A model generated the notes under the pieces. It saw only the letters and a list, made by a program, of their open reading frames with translations, ran no database searches and had not been told where the DNA came from. The translations under genes and the position numbers were made by a program. A stretch of DNA of 63,903 nt, filler included. It is 4 parts of 4 records of this genome, joined end to end, with 100 filler letters (N's around TTAATTAATTAA, not from the genome) between each part and the next. Parts side by side here need not be neighbours in the genome. Positions count along the whole stretch, not along the records: positions 1 to 22,780 come from SRR31156797_1500; 3 more parts are not named here. One strand, 5' to 3'. Positions 1-10,104 of the stretch are shown here, one piece after another; positions within the stretch are counted from its first letter, which is position 1, and each line of letters starts with the position of its first letter.

Positions 1-127
1 CTTAACAATAATACGTATAAAGAGTAGCTTGAAAAAGGAGGAGAGCTGATTTTAATGAAGAACAAGAATTTACATTAAAAATCTCTCTTTCGAACACTCA
101 GCTCTTTGCCCTCTCTGCTCTCATTTC

Positions 128-1549
128 TTATTCTATTACTGTAATAATAACCCGCTCGTATACAGTTAATGTTGGTTCTCCCTTGTCCGACACTTCACAA
201 ACCATATGAATGGTTTCTCCGGGTTTTGCATCTGTAGGAATAACTATTTTTGTTTTTGAAGACATCGAATCTTGAATCACATTCCCGGAATAGGTTCCTA
301 CTTCCGTATAATGCCACCACCTGAATTTTAGTTCATCACCATCAGGATCTGATGAGTTTGATGCATTAAGTGTTATTTTCGATCCTGCTTTTGCTTTCAA
401 GTCAAGAGGTGTATTTTTTAGTTTAATAAGGGGATGATGGTTGGCAGATGCATAGTCATTCGTACACCAATCAGCTCTGGCTGCAAAATCGTTTTGTACA
501 TCATCTAACCAGCGCCAGATAGGTTTAAAATAATTGGTTCTTATTTCAACTTTTTCAGGAGCAGTATCATGCTCCATCTTTTTCGACCAGCTATTACTGA
601 AACACCATTGGCCCGTTGGTCGAGTAAAAGAGGAATCTGGAAGCGGATCCATCCAAACATTGTTGCGAACCTTTACATATCTTCCGGCCCAACCTCCATA
701 ACCCGGATTTTCAGTACTTCTTAAACCTGTTGGAATGCTATGCAAGAAAGCCGGAGTATCACCTTCTGCATTAAAGGCACCATTGTTATTCTCGTATTTA
801 TCGCACAAAGGACCATGATTTTTGATAATGTTTTTTGTCATCCAATCCGCTTCGAAATAGCGTTTTACGTTCTCAGGAAGTACTTTAGGCCATATATATG
901 CCATACAATCAAACTGATCAGAAATAATGGTAGTGATATTGTATTTCTCCCAATTGGGGCGAATGTAATTCTGATAAGTTTCATCCTGTTCCCAAATCAG
1001 GAACAAACGCATTTTAGCTGCTGCCTCTTCCATTTTTTCAGGATAATCTTCCTGTATAATTTTAAGTGCCCTGGAAATTGTATTACAGCCTCCCCATGCT
1101 TGTATCCAAACAGGACGAGGATCGTTGCTATCCAGAAGTATTTTAACAATAAATTCAGCACCTTCTGTTCGTATGCTATCTTCCCCAATGCCATTGATAT
1201 TACCTACTTTCCATTTGTTAAGCAGGTATTCGGGAGAAGGATATTCAGGATCGTGAAGTAATAGGTTTTGATACACTTTAGCATAAGCACCAATATATTC
1301 CTCAATCCATGTCACATCGTGAAAAGCATGCCAACCCGTTCCTCCAACCCAATGGAATTGAGAGCTGCTGTTTATAATTCCTTCTACGTCAAATTCGTTT
1401 GATGTTAACAGAAATCTGACCATAGAAGCCCGGTCATCGGCTTCTCCATCCGTAGTAACAATTACACGTGTTTTTGTACTTTTAGTTTCGGCTTTTATTA
1501 TTCCACTAAGAATAATAGTGAATGAACATAGTAGCAATATTTTTTTCAT
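128..1549 (-). CDS. DUF1593 / nucleoside-hydrolase-like secreted protein with C-terminal Ig/PKD-like domain (Sde182-type)
   Basis: Signal peptide; RVIVTTDGEADDRASMVRFLL (DxxxDD of the nucleoside hydrolase fold), WIQAWGGCNT, EGDTPAF, GYGGWAGRY, NDFAARADW..ANHHP, SSDPDGDEL. Confidence 0.85.
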   Translation of the reverse strand: MKKILLLCSFTIILSGIIKAETKSTKTRVIVTTDGEADDRASMVRFLLTSNEFDVEGIINSSSQFHWVGGTGWHAFHDVTWIEEYIGAYAKVYQNLLLHDPEYPSPEYLLNKWKVGNINGIGEDSIRTEGAEFIVKILLDSNDPRPVWIQAWGGCNTISRALKIIQEDYPEKMEEAAAKMRLFLIWEQDETYQNYIRPNWEKYNITTIISDQFDCMAYIWPKVLPENVKRYFEADWMTKNIIKNHGPLCDKYENNNGAFNAEGDTPAFLHSIPTGLRSTENPGYGGWAGRYVKVRNNVWMDPLPDSSFTRPTGQWCFSNSWSKKMEHDTAPEKVEIRTNYFKPIWRWLDDVQNDFAARADWCTNDYASANHHPLIKLKNTPLDLKAKAGSKITLNASNSSDPDGDELKFRWWHYTEVGTYSGNVIQDSMSSKTKIVIPTDAKPGETIHMVCEVSDKGEPTLTVYERVIITVIE

Positions 1550-1589
1550 GATTTAAGAATTCAAAATTAGAGATGAATAAAAGTGATTA

Positions 1590-4500
1590 TTATTCCAAAT
1601 TGGAAATATATTCAGAAGGTAAGACACCAAATTTGGTTTTGAATGCTTCTCTGAAATAAGCCAGACTATTATATCCAACCATAAAGGCAACTTCAGATAT
1701 GGAATATTTCCTCGAAATTAAAAGTTGTTCCGCTTTTTGTAGTTTTATGTCCTTTACAAAATCGTTTGCTGTTGAGCTTGTTATTGCTTTTACTTTTCTT
1801 GAGAATGAGGTATAACTCATGTTTTGCTGTTTGGCCAGAAAGGCGATGTCAATTTTTTCTGCACCCAAATTCTCTTCAATAATGGTAATTGTTTGGTTAA
1901 TGAATTCGTTATCCATTTTGGCCATGGAATTTGAAGACAAATCTTTTTTATAGACCTCTGATTTAAAATAGGATGCAATTTTGTTTCTTCCCTCTAGTAG
2001 GTTATTAACTCTGGTTTTCAGCAATGCAGCGCTAAATGGCTTAGTTAAATAAGAATCGGCACCAATGGAATAGCCTTCCGTTTTATCCACTTCAGAATCT
2101 TTAGCGGTAAGCAGAATGACAGGGATATGAGAGGTGCTGATATCTTTTTTGAGTTGTTTACAGAATTCAATACCATCCATAACGGGCATCATAATATCGC
2201 TAATAATAATATCCGGAACACTATCGCTGGCTTTAGATAAAGCATCCTGTCCATCAAAGGCTGTAATGATTTCAAAGGATTCACTAAATATGTCAGAGAT
2301 ATATTCATTAATCTCTTCATTATCTTCAACAATCAACATGCGCTTTGAAAATTCCTTTTTTTCTATTTTGGGTTTCTTTTGGGATTTAATATGAATGGCA
2401 TCAGGATATTGTTCTTCCAATTTTAATTGGATAGAGAAGGTTGTTCCCTCCTGTAATTTACTCTTAACATCCATGGTTCCTTCGTGCAACTGTACCAGTT
2501 TTTTTACCAAAGCCAATCCAATACCCGTACCTGCAATCTGTTTTGTTCTTTTAACCTGAAAGTAACGATCAAATATTTTATTTAAATCTTCTTCTGGTAT
2601 TCCCAATCCTGTATCTTTTACTTTAATCTGAAGCATAGCAACTTCATTTATGGTAATTGTACGCACTATAATCTGAACGCTTCCTTTCTTTGTATTTTTT
2701 AATGCATTAGAGATTAAATTATCCATTATAATTGTAATGGCTTCCTTGTCAAAATATAGTACAATAGAATCCTCAATAAACAAATCTATCGAAACCTCTT
2801 TGTTTTTATTCAGATCCTTATATTTTAAAACTATTTCCTGCAGTAGTATAGTGATATCTTCCTGTGTAACGTTTAATTGACGGCTTTGTGCTTCGTTCTT
2901 TCTGAATTCTAATAATTGATTAATTAAAGTCAAAAGGCGTGTTGCATTTTTCTGAATAAGAGAAAGCTTTTTAGTATCTTCGGCATCTCTTCTTGTATTG
3001 CTATTAACCATTTCTTCCAAGGGGCCAAGTATTAGGGTCAGAGGCGTTCTTAATTCGTGTGTGACATTTGTGAAGAATTGCATGCGTTCCTTATTTAGTT
3101 CCTGCTCTTGCTCATAACTTTGCTGTTGAAGCTGAAGTTGATTTTCTAGCTTAAGCTTACGTCGGTAAAAAATAATGATGGCTACAACAATCAAAATTGC
3201 CATGCAGGTATAAAGTAGTTTTGCCCACCATGACAGATAAACAGGTGGATAAATTCTGAAAGAAACATGATCAATTTTATCAGACCATTCCTGATTGTGC
3301 ATTCTTGCCTTCACAAAAAAGGTGTAACTACCAGGAGATAAATTACGGAAAGTAACATTGTTTTGCATCTGGGTTTGGTACCAGGTATCATCATCAACAC
3401 CTTTTAATAAATAAGCATATTCAACCTTGTTTCTTAATCCGTAATCTAAAACATTAAAATTAATAGATATGTTATTTTGAGTGTGTGTTAAATGGCAAGT
3501 CTGGTTTACGGGAAGGTTTATACTTTTAAAGGGTAAATCTTCTTTGGAGTCATAAACCTGAAGCCCGGTTATAACAGTTGGCGGCAATGCCTTTTTAACG
3601 ATGCTGTCATGAGCATTAAAATAACATAAACCATCCTGAGATCCGAATAAAATGGTACCGTCATTTGTTTTGGTAACTGAAGCATTTCTAAATGTTCCTA
3701 ATGGAATTCCATCATTATAACCATAGTTTTTTATGCTATCAGAATGAATTATATATTTTGATATGCCGGCATTTGTAGAAATCCACATTTCACCTTTTTT
3801 ACCCTCAACAATCGCTCGTGCGTAGTTATCTTTTAAGCCTTTTGCTTCATTAATATGAATAGCATCGTATTGATGATCTTTTATATGAGGAAATACTGAG
3901 GCGCCATTATTTGTACATACCCAGATTTGATTTTCAGAATCCTCATAGATGTGATTAATATTGTTAGATTTCAATACATTATTCTCATTGAAATTATATA
4001 TCAATTTGAATTCTTCAGTAACCACGCTTACGCCATTAATGGCACTGCTAATCCAATAATTACCATTTATATCCTGAATAATATTTCGGATAAGTTTGTC
4101 ATTTAATCCTATAGTTTCGCCATTAAACGCTTTAATATTGTGGTTTTTTGGATTGTATTTAATGATACCGTCATTGGCACTTACCCAAATATTTTGATCA
4201 CGATCTTCGTAAATAGCAGCGACAAATTTATTCCAACTACTATTTCTGAAAACATCTACCTTTTCAATGGTTTCTTTTGGGAGGTTATAATATATTAATC
4301 CATCAACATTATTAGCGAACCATAAATTGCCATTGCTGTCAGCCAGAGAATAAGTTATGTCTTTACTTAGGAACAGGCTTTTTTGCTTTTGAAAGTTGCC
4401 TGTTTTATTGTTTTTCTTGAAGATATCCACATAACCATTGTTGAGACCAACCCAAAGCAGACTGTCAGGGCTATAAGCCAGGCAATGTACAGTTTTGGAA

Positions 4501-5621
4501 CTTAAGCCATTTTGTTCTTCTTTAATAGAAGAATAAACGAGTTGTTTAAAAAAAGGCTTAACATGATTGATTACATTGATTCCTTCCCCGGCTGTGCCCA
4601 GCCAAATATTGCCGAATGAATCTTTAAAAATATCTTCAATAGAAGGTGATGATAATCCAGAAGGTAAATCGTTGGCTTCAATATGCTCAAACTTATTGTT
4701 CTCTGGATTATTGATGTCAACAGATTCTAAATTCAGAATGTTTACGCCACCATGCCAGGTTCCAATCCAAAGTTGATTATCGATTTCATTTAAACTATAA
4801 ATATCATGATCAGATAAACCATTAGGATTGTAGTCACTCTGTGTAAAGACTGTAAAAGTTTCTTGAAGTGGGTTATAAAGGGCTAGTCCATTATGTGTTC
4901 CCAGCCAAATTCGATTTTTCGAATCGATGCAAATATCCATTACTTCATTACCAGGTAAACTATTAGGGTTATCAGGGTCGTGTTTGTAATATTTCCCCTT
5001 AAAATCTTTGGTTGACATTACTGAAAAACCCTGACCCCAATGACCAATATATAAATTCCCATTCTGGTCATCTGCAATACATTTAATTCTGAAATTGTGG
5101 GATATGGGAATGTTTCTTAATAAGTTATGGCTGATCGTATTCGTTTCGACATTTAATTTTTTCAATCCATTTTTATAGGTGGCGATCCATATATCGCCAT
5201 TTTCATCAAAGCATAAATCGGTTATTCCATTCGAATGTGTACTATTGGGTGTTTGTTCATAGGTTGGGTAATGAATGAATTCTTCAGAGCTGCGATTCAA
5301 CACATTTAAACCACCTCCTTTGGTTGCTATCCATATCAAATGACGAACAGAATCCACCAATATTTTATTAATCCCATTATGGCTGATTGTATTAGTTGCA
5401 GTATCAGCTTTGTATACTTTAAAGCCTGTGCCATCAAAACGATTCAGTCCCCATTCAGTTCCGAACCACATAAAACCATCTTCATCCTGCGCAATACTCA
5501 AAATGTTATTATTGGAAAGACCATTTCCAACTCCAATTTTATCTATGGTATTGTTTTGAGTATAGGACTTGAACGAAACAAAAAGGAAAAGTATTAATAT
5601 ATAATGTCTGAAAAATATCAT
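1590..5621 (-). CDS. Hybrid two-component system (propeller sensor, Y_Y_Y, TM, histidine kinase, receiver, AraC HTH)
   Basis: Repeated Reg_prop motifs (GFMWFGTEWGLNRFDG), FRNLSPGSYTF, TM helix, HELRTPLTLI H-box, GTGIGL, DIMMPVMDG receiver, C-terminal AraC (SEVAFMVGY..YFREAFKTKFGVLPSEY). Confidence 0.97.
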   Translation of the reverse strand: MIFFRHYILILFLFVSFKSYTQNNTIDKIGVGNGLSNNNILSIAQDEDGFMWFGTEWGLNRFDGTGFKVYKADTATNTISHNGINKILVDSVRHLIWIATKGGGLNVLNRSSEEFIHYPTYEQTPNSTHSNGITDLCFDENGDIWIATYKNGLKKLNVETNTISHNLLRNIPISHNFRIKCIADDQNGNLYIGHWGQGFSVMSTKDFKGKYYKHDPDNPNSLPGNEVMDICIDSKNRIWLGTHNGLALYNPLQETFTVFTQSDYNPNGLSDHDIYSLNEIDNQLWIGTWHGGVNILNLESVDINNPENNKFEHIEANDLPSGLSSPSIEDIFKDSFGNIWLGTAGEGINVINHVKPFFKQLVYSSIKEEQNGLSSKTVHCLAYSPDSLLWVGLNNGYVDIFKKNNKTGNFQKQKSLFLSKDITYSLADSNGNLWFANNVDGLIYYNLPKETIEKVDVFRNSSWNKFVAAIYEDRDQNIWVSANDGIIKYNPKNHNIKAFNGETIGLNDKLIRNIIQDINGNYWISSAINGVSVVTEEFKLIYNFNENNVLKSNNINHIYEDSENQIWVCTNNGASVFPHIKDHQYDAIHINEAKGLKDNYARAIVEGKKGEMWISTNAGISKYIIHSDSIKNYGYNDGIPLGTFRNASVTKTNDGTILFGSQDGLCYFNAHDSIVKKALPPTVITGLQVYDSKEDLPFKSINLPVNQTCHLTHTQNNISINFNVLDYGLRNKVEYAYLLKGVDDDTWYQTQMQNNVTFRNLSPGSYTFFVKARMHNQEWSDKIDHVSFRIYPPVYLSWWAKLLYTCMAILIVVAIIIFYRRKLKLENQLQLQQQSYEQEQELNKERMQFFTNVTHELRTPLTLILGPLEEMVNSNTRRDAEDTKKLSLIQKNATRLLTLINQLLEFRKNEAQSRQLNVTQEDITILLQEIVLKYKDLNKNKEVSIDLFIEDSIVLYFDKEAITIIMDNLISNALKNTKKGSVQIIVRTITINEVAMLQIKVKDTGLGIPEEDLNKIFDRYFQVKRTKQIAGTGIGLALVKKLVQLHEGTMDVKSKLQEGTTFSIQLKLEEQYPDAIHIKSQKKPKIEKKEFSKRMLIVEDNEEINEYISDIFSESFEIITAFDGQDALSKASDSVPDIIISDIMMPVMDGIEFCKQLKKDISTSHIPVILLTAKDSEVDKTEGYSIGADSYLTKPFSAALLKTRVNNLLEGRNKIASYFKSEVYKKDLSSNSMAKMDNEFINQTITIIEENLGAEKIDIAFLAKQQNMSYTSFSRKVKAITSSTANDFVKDIKLQKAEQLLISRKYSISEVAFMVGYNSLAYFREAFKTKFGVLPSEYISNLE

Positions 5622-5655
5622 TTCATTATACGGTTTTAGTAAGCTATATTCTTAA

Positions 5656-5663
5656 CAAATATA
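5656..5663 (-). promoter_or_regulatory. Putative Bacteroidota -7 promoter element (TATATTTG) for the HTCS gene
   Basis: CAAATATA on + strand matches TAnnTTTG on the - strand, about 35 nt upstream of the start codon. Confidence 0.45.
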
Positions 5664-5761
5664 ATTACTTCTGATTCAAAAAGTATTGCTGTTTAATATA
5701 CCTAACTGGAGATTGTTAATTAATAGGGTTGATTTATAGTAGGATAGTGATTGTGATTACA

Positions 5762-5823
5762 TAAATATAGTCCATTAAAAGTAAAATTCCGACCATGATG
5801 AATATGGTCTTCTGTTAATTTTG
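5762..5823 (+). promoter_or_regulatory. Candidate HTCS-activated promoter: imperfect direct repeat with 21-bp period followed by a -7 element
   Basis: TAAATATAGTCCAT (5762-5775) and AAAATTCCGACCAT (5783-5796), then TAATTTTG (5816-5823). Confidence 0.4.
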
Positions 5824-5878
5824 TTTCTAGACTATCATTCCTTTTAATTTTAATGAGCGTTAATATAAATTAGAGTAT

Positions 5879-8665
5879 ATGAAAAAGAAATCTACTACAG
5901 TAATTTTACTGTTTGTACAATTATTGGGCTTACACCAAATATTTGCACAAACATATAGTGCAAATGATAATTTGGTCGCCCAGCCAATTACAGATCGAAC
6001 TGTTACATTTGATTATTTTGGTGCAGGAGAAGCTAAACCCATGATTTGGGGTATGGATGCGGGAGGTTGGACGAGTTATGCAATCTGGGAGCTTGGAAAA
6101 AGATATTTAGGAGTAGAGAATATTAAAACAACCAGAATACCCGCTTTTCCAGGTGATATTTTAGTAAATGGAAATGAACTTACTCAGGGGCAAAAAGATG
6201 CTATTTTAGATAGGGTTAAACAGGCAGAAACAGGCTCAAACGGGAACCCGATGCAAATCATGCTAAATCCAGGGGGAGTTGATGAATGGGATGCATGGTA
6301 CAGAGAAGATTGGTCTAGATATGCTATGTTAATGAAGCTGGCTAAAGATTATATTGAGAGTTTTGGTCATACTGTTGTATCCATTACCGGATTCAATGAA
6401 CCAGATGTGTGGTATGCCGCGGCAACCATGGAGGATAATTACAATTTGTTTCAAGCTTGTGATAACAGTGGTTATTTTGAAGGTGTACGTTTTTGCGGCG
6501 GAAATACCCTGGATTGTGATCTCGCCCTAGATTGGTATAATCATGATTTAGATTTTGTGACAGAGGGTAATACACATCAGCTAGCAGGATGGTTTAATCA
6601 ATATGCTACTTTCCATGAAACATTAAAAGCAAATGGTCATTACTCTACCAATGATGAAGTTCACAATATTATGGAAGCCATTGTGGGCTCTGAGTATGGT
6701 GATATGCATACCGGTATTTTTTGGGGATGGGCCAATCTGGCACGAGGCGAATTTGTAAAAGCAAGCAGTAATGGGGTTAGGTTGGCTTATGCCGAACATA
6801 GAGACAATTGGAGTGCAGCAGCCGTTTACCGACAAGCTGATGAAAAAGTTCAGGCGTTTGTGGGTTCTTCGGAACGTCAGGCTGTTGCAACAAGCTATCG
6901 TTTTTTTTCAAAAAATGGACCTGTTTATTTCGAAGGTCATGGGCCTCAGTATGAATTTATACTTGATCAACCCGGAGGTAATGGTTATGGTGTAGATCAG
7001 CCTAATGCAGAGAGAGTAATTAATATAACCCAGGGAGATGATATACAACCAGTGATAGATGGAACCTACAAGCTAATTAACCGAAGTAACGGAAAAGTGA
7101 TGCAGGTCGCCAATAATACAGATGGTGCTAATGTTTATTTAGGAGCAAATACCGGTTCAACTAATCAACAGTGGCAAATTATACCATTATTAGATTGGAC
7201 TTTTGGAAATGATGCCAATTATTACCAAATCGTACCTGTATTAGGAACAACTAAATGTCTGGACCTAAATAATTATTCTCACGATAATGGAGGTAATATT
7301 CATATTTGGGGGAATGGAGGATCAAGCAATCAGCAATGGTACCTTGAATATGCTGAAGATGGTTATTTCTATATTAGGAGCAGAGAAAGTACCTATTGTT
7401 TACAAACTACCGTATTGGGAAATGTAGAACAATGGCAGAAAACGGGTGATGCGAAACAGCAATGGCGATTTATTCCTACTGATGCTTCTGCAGAATTTGA
7501 TGCTCCTGCTGCTATTAGTGATCTTAAAGCAACAGCAAGTGAAGCATTTATCCAATTAGACTGGTCTGCCAGTGCTGAGGAAGATGTGACTGAATATACT
7601 ATTTTACGTTCCGAAACTTCCGGATCAGCTTACAATACGATTGCTCGTCATGTGACCTCTACAACATTTATTGACAATAGTGCTACTTCTGGAGGACCTT
7701 ATTACTATGTAATAAAAGCAGTAGATTACTCATTAAATAGTTCTGCATTTTCCAATGAAGTTTCTGCGAGTCCTACAGGAAACAATGCCATGATTGCTCA
7801 CTATGATTTTGAGGATGACTTATTAGATGGAACCGAAAATTTGAATAATTGTGCCGCGTTTGGAGAAGCTGTATTTGAAAGCGGGAAAGTTGATTCGAAA
7901 GCACTTTCGTTTGATGGTACAGATGCCTTTGTTCAGTTACCAGCCACTATAGCAAATCAATCCGAAATTACAATTGCAACCTGGGCCTATTGGAATGGAG
8001 GACAGGCTTGGCAGCGTATTTTTGATTTCGGAAATGGTATTGATCAATACATGTTTCTAACGCCAACAACCAATACCGGAAAACTTAGATTTGGAATAAA
8101 GAATGGTGGAGATGAGCAAGTTTTAGAGACTACAAAATTGGATGCTCAGGAGTGGACACATGTAGCTGTTACCATTGATGCAACAGGAGCTAAGTTGTAT
8201 GTAAATGGAGAATTGGCTAAAGAGTCAGCATCGATTACTATTAATCCATTAGATTTTAAGCCTGTCTTAAACTATGTTGGCAGAAGTCAATTTTCAGATC
8301 CTTTATATACAGGAATGATAGATGATTTTAAGGTTTATAACTATGCATTATCTGCTTCAGAAATTACAACTTTGGCAGAAACATTAACCAATGGAATTTT
8401 CAAATCAAGTTATAATGATGGTAGAAATCTTTCAATATATCCTGTACCTGCAAAAGACAATATTGTTATAACTTATACAGGAGAATATGTACCTGTATCA
8501 TACATCAGTGTTTATGATATGAATGGAAAACTAATTTTATCAGAAACAATGGAGGCCGGAAATGATGTTGAACTGAATGTTTCGGATTTACAATCTGGAA
8601 TATATATGCTTAAGCTAACGAATGATAATGAAACAATTATAAAAAAGATGCTTGTTAAGCATTAA
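5879..8665 (+). CDS. T9SS-secreted modular carbohydrate-active protein: putative GH-A-like catalytic domain, ricin-B/CBM13, FN3, LamG-like and T9SS CTD
   Basis: Signal peptide; GFNEPD and NDEVHN acidic motifs; QxW repeats (NQQWQI, NQQWYL, KQQWRF); FN3 (LDWSA..YTILRS..YYYVIKAVD); LamG (WQRIFDFGNG, WTHVAVT, IDDFKVYNYAL); CTD (IYPVPA..VYDMNGK..LQSGIYMLKL). Confidence 0.85.
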   Translation: MKKKSTTVILLFVQLLGLHQIFAQTYSANDNLVAQPITDRTVTFDYFGAGEAKPMIWGMDAGGWTSYAIWELGKRYLGVENIKTTRIPAFPGDILVNGNELTQGQKDAILDRVKQAETGSNGNPMQIMLNPGGVDEWDAWYREDWSRYAMLMKLAKDYIESFGHTVVSITGFNEPDVWYAAATMEDNYNLFQACDNSGYFEGVRFCGGNTLDCDLALDWYNHDLDFVTEGNTHQLAGWFNQYATFHETLKANGHYSTNDEVHNIMEAIVGSEYGDMHTGIFWGWANLARGEFVKASSNGVRLAYAEHRDNWSAAAVYRQADEKVQAFVGSSERQAVATSYRFFSKNGPVYFEGHGPQYEFILDQPGGNGYGVDQPNAERVINITQGDDIQPVIDGTYKLINRSNGKVMQVANNTDGANVYLGANTGSTNQQWQIIPLLDWTFGNDANYYQIVPVLGTTKCLDLNNYSHDNGGNIHIWGNGGSSNQQWYLEYAEDGYFYIRSRESTYCLQTTVLGNVEQWQKTGDAKQQWRFIPTDASAEFDAPAAISDLKATASEAFIQLDWSASAEEDVTEYTILRSETSGSAYNTIARHVTSTTFIDNSATSGGPYYYVIKAVDYSLNSSAFSNEVSASPTGNNAMIAHYDFEDDLLDGTENLNNCAAFGEAVFESGKVDSKALSFDGTDAFVQLPATIANQSEITIATWAYWNGGQAWQRIFDFGNGIDQYMFLTPTTNTGKLRFGIKNGGDEQVLETTKLDAQEWTHVAVTIDATGAKLYVNGELAKESASITINPLDFKPVLNYVGRSQFSDPLYTGMIDDFKVYNYALSASEITTLAETLTNGIFKSSYNDGRNLSIYPVPAKDNIVITYTGEYVPVSYISVYDMNGKLILSETMEAGNDVELNVSDLQSGIYMLKLTNDNETIIKKMLVKH

Positions 8666-8692
8666 AAGTTATCGTTATACTAAAATATGAAG

Positions 8693-8726
8693 AAAAGGAA
8701 ATCCTAAGTTGGGTTTCCTTTTTTTT
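8693..8726 (+). terminator. Rho-independent terminator
   Basis: AAAAGGAAATCC-TAAGTT-GGGTTTCCTTTT stem followed by a T run, just after the 8665 stop. Confidence 0.8.
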
Positions 8727-8889
8727 GTAATAGTCTATTTTAATTTCACTTGATATATAGGGTATTATTAGTTTTATGAGTCTCATTTTATGAAGTTGTA
8801 CTACTTTGTAATCCCAAAATTTCCTGATAAATAAGAATGTTATGACTTTTGCATACAGCTTAGGTAAGCAATCATATATTCATATTTAA

Positions 8890-10101
8890 ATGGAACTATC
8901 AGTGAAAAGAATCGGAAAGAATGTACTTGTTACAATCATGTTTTTGAATTTATTTAATTCATGTGTTCATCAGAAAAAAGAAGTTTTTGATATAGATAAG
9001 AGCATTTCATATTGTCTTGAAAAGACAAAAATTACATCTGAATCATTAGATGAGGCAGACAGTCTTCCTCGCAATATCCTTCAAGGAAAAAAAGAATGGA
9101 ATAAGGTAGGAATTCATGATTGGACCAGTGGTTTTTGGCCCGGTATTTTATGGTATGCATATGAAGCATCTGAAGATAGTTCCTTATTGAAGCAAGCTCA
9201 AAAGTTTACAAAGCCTCTAAAAGGTATTTTGGATGTACCGGTTGATAATCATGACCTGGGTTTTATGTTGTATTGCAGTATGGGTAATGGGTATCGACTA
9301 ACTAATAACGAAGAGTATAAGGATTTTTTACTTAAAACTGCAGATTCTTTAGCTACTCTGTATAATCCAAAGGTGGGCACTATCTTATCCTGGCCTGCGA
9401 TGAGAGAAAAGATGAATTGGCCACATAATACAATCATTGATAATATGATTAATCTCGAGTTGTTATTTTGGGCAGCAAAAAATGGCGGTGATGAGCGATT
9501 ATATGAGATGGCTGTTAAGCATGCAGAGACATGTATGACAACTCTTGTTCGTCCGGATTATACAACTTACCACGTGGCGGTTTTTGATACAACAGATGGG
9601 CATTTTATTAAAGGCGTTACTCATCAAGGATATGCTGATGATTCCCAATGGGCAAGAGGGCAAGGCTGGGGAATTTATGGCTATACCATGGTTTATAGAG
9701 AAACAAAAGATAAACAGTTTCTGGAGACGGCAACCAGATTGGCCAATAGATTTATTGAAATGATGCCTGAAGATAAAGTACCCTATTGGGATTTTAATGA
9801 TCCTGCCATACCTAATGCTCCCAAAGATGCTTCTGCAGCAGCAGTAATTGCCTCCGGATTAATTGAATTGGGAGATTATGTTGATGTTTCCTTAAAAGAA
9901 AAATACCATCGTGTTGCCTGGGATCTTTTAAAAGAACTTTCATCAGACAAGTATTTAAGTAAAGATAAGAATCAGGCTTTTTTATTGCATTCAACAGGTC
10001 ATTGGCCTCATCAGTCAGAGATAGATGCTTCCATTATTTATGCAGATTATTATTACTTGGAGGCATTATTAAGAGGTAAAAAATACGGTTTAGATCGATA
10101 G
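8890..10101 (+). CDS. GH88 unsaturated glucuronyl hydrolase (lipoprotein)
   Basis: WTSGFWPG, NHDLGFM, IIDNMINLELLF, WARGQGW, DASAAA, IIYADYYYLEAL; FNSC lipobox. Confidence 0.93.
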   Translation: MELSVKRIGKNVLVTIMFLNLFNSCVHQKKEVFDIDKSISYCLEKTKITSESLDEADSLPRNILQGKKEWNKVGIHDWTSGFWPGILWYAYEASEDSSLLKQAQKFTKPLKGILDVPVDNHDLGFMLYCSMGNGYRLTNNEEYKDFLLKTADSLATLYNPKVGTILSWPAMREKMNWPHNTIIDNMINLELLFWAAKNGGDERLYEMAVKHAETCMTTLVRPDYTTYHVAVFDTTDGHFIKGVTHQGYADDSQWARGQGWGIYGYTMVYRETKDKQFLETATRLANRFIEMMPEDKVPYWDFNDPAIPNAPKDASAAAVIASGLIELGDYVDVSLKEKYHRVAWDLLKELSSDKYLSKDKNQAFLLHSTGHWPHQSEIDASIIYADYYYLEALLRGKKYGLDR

Positions 10102-10104
10102 TAT

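Noticed and set aside
36..110. Imperfect inverted repeat (GAGAGCTGA ... TCAGCTCTT) downstream of the DUF1593 gene
   Set aside because: Arms are short and far apart; too weak to call a terminator
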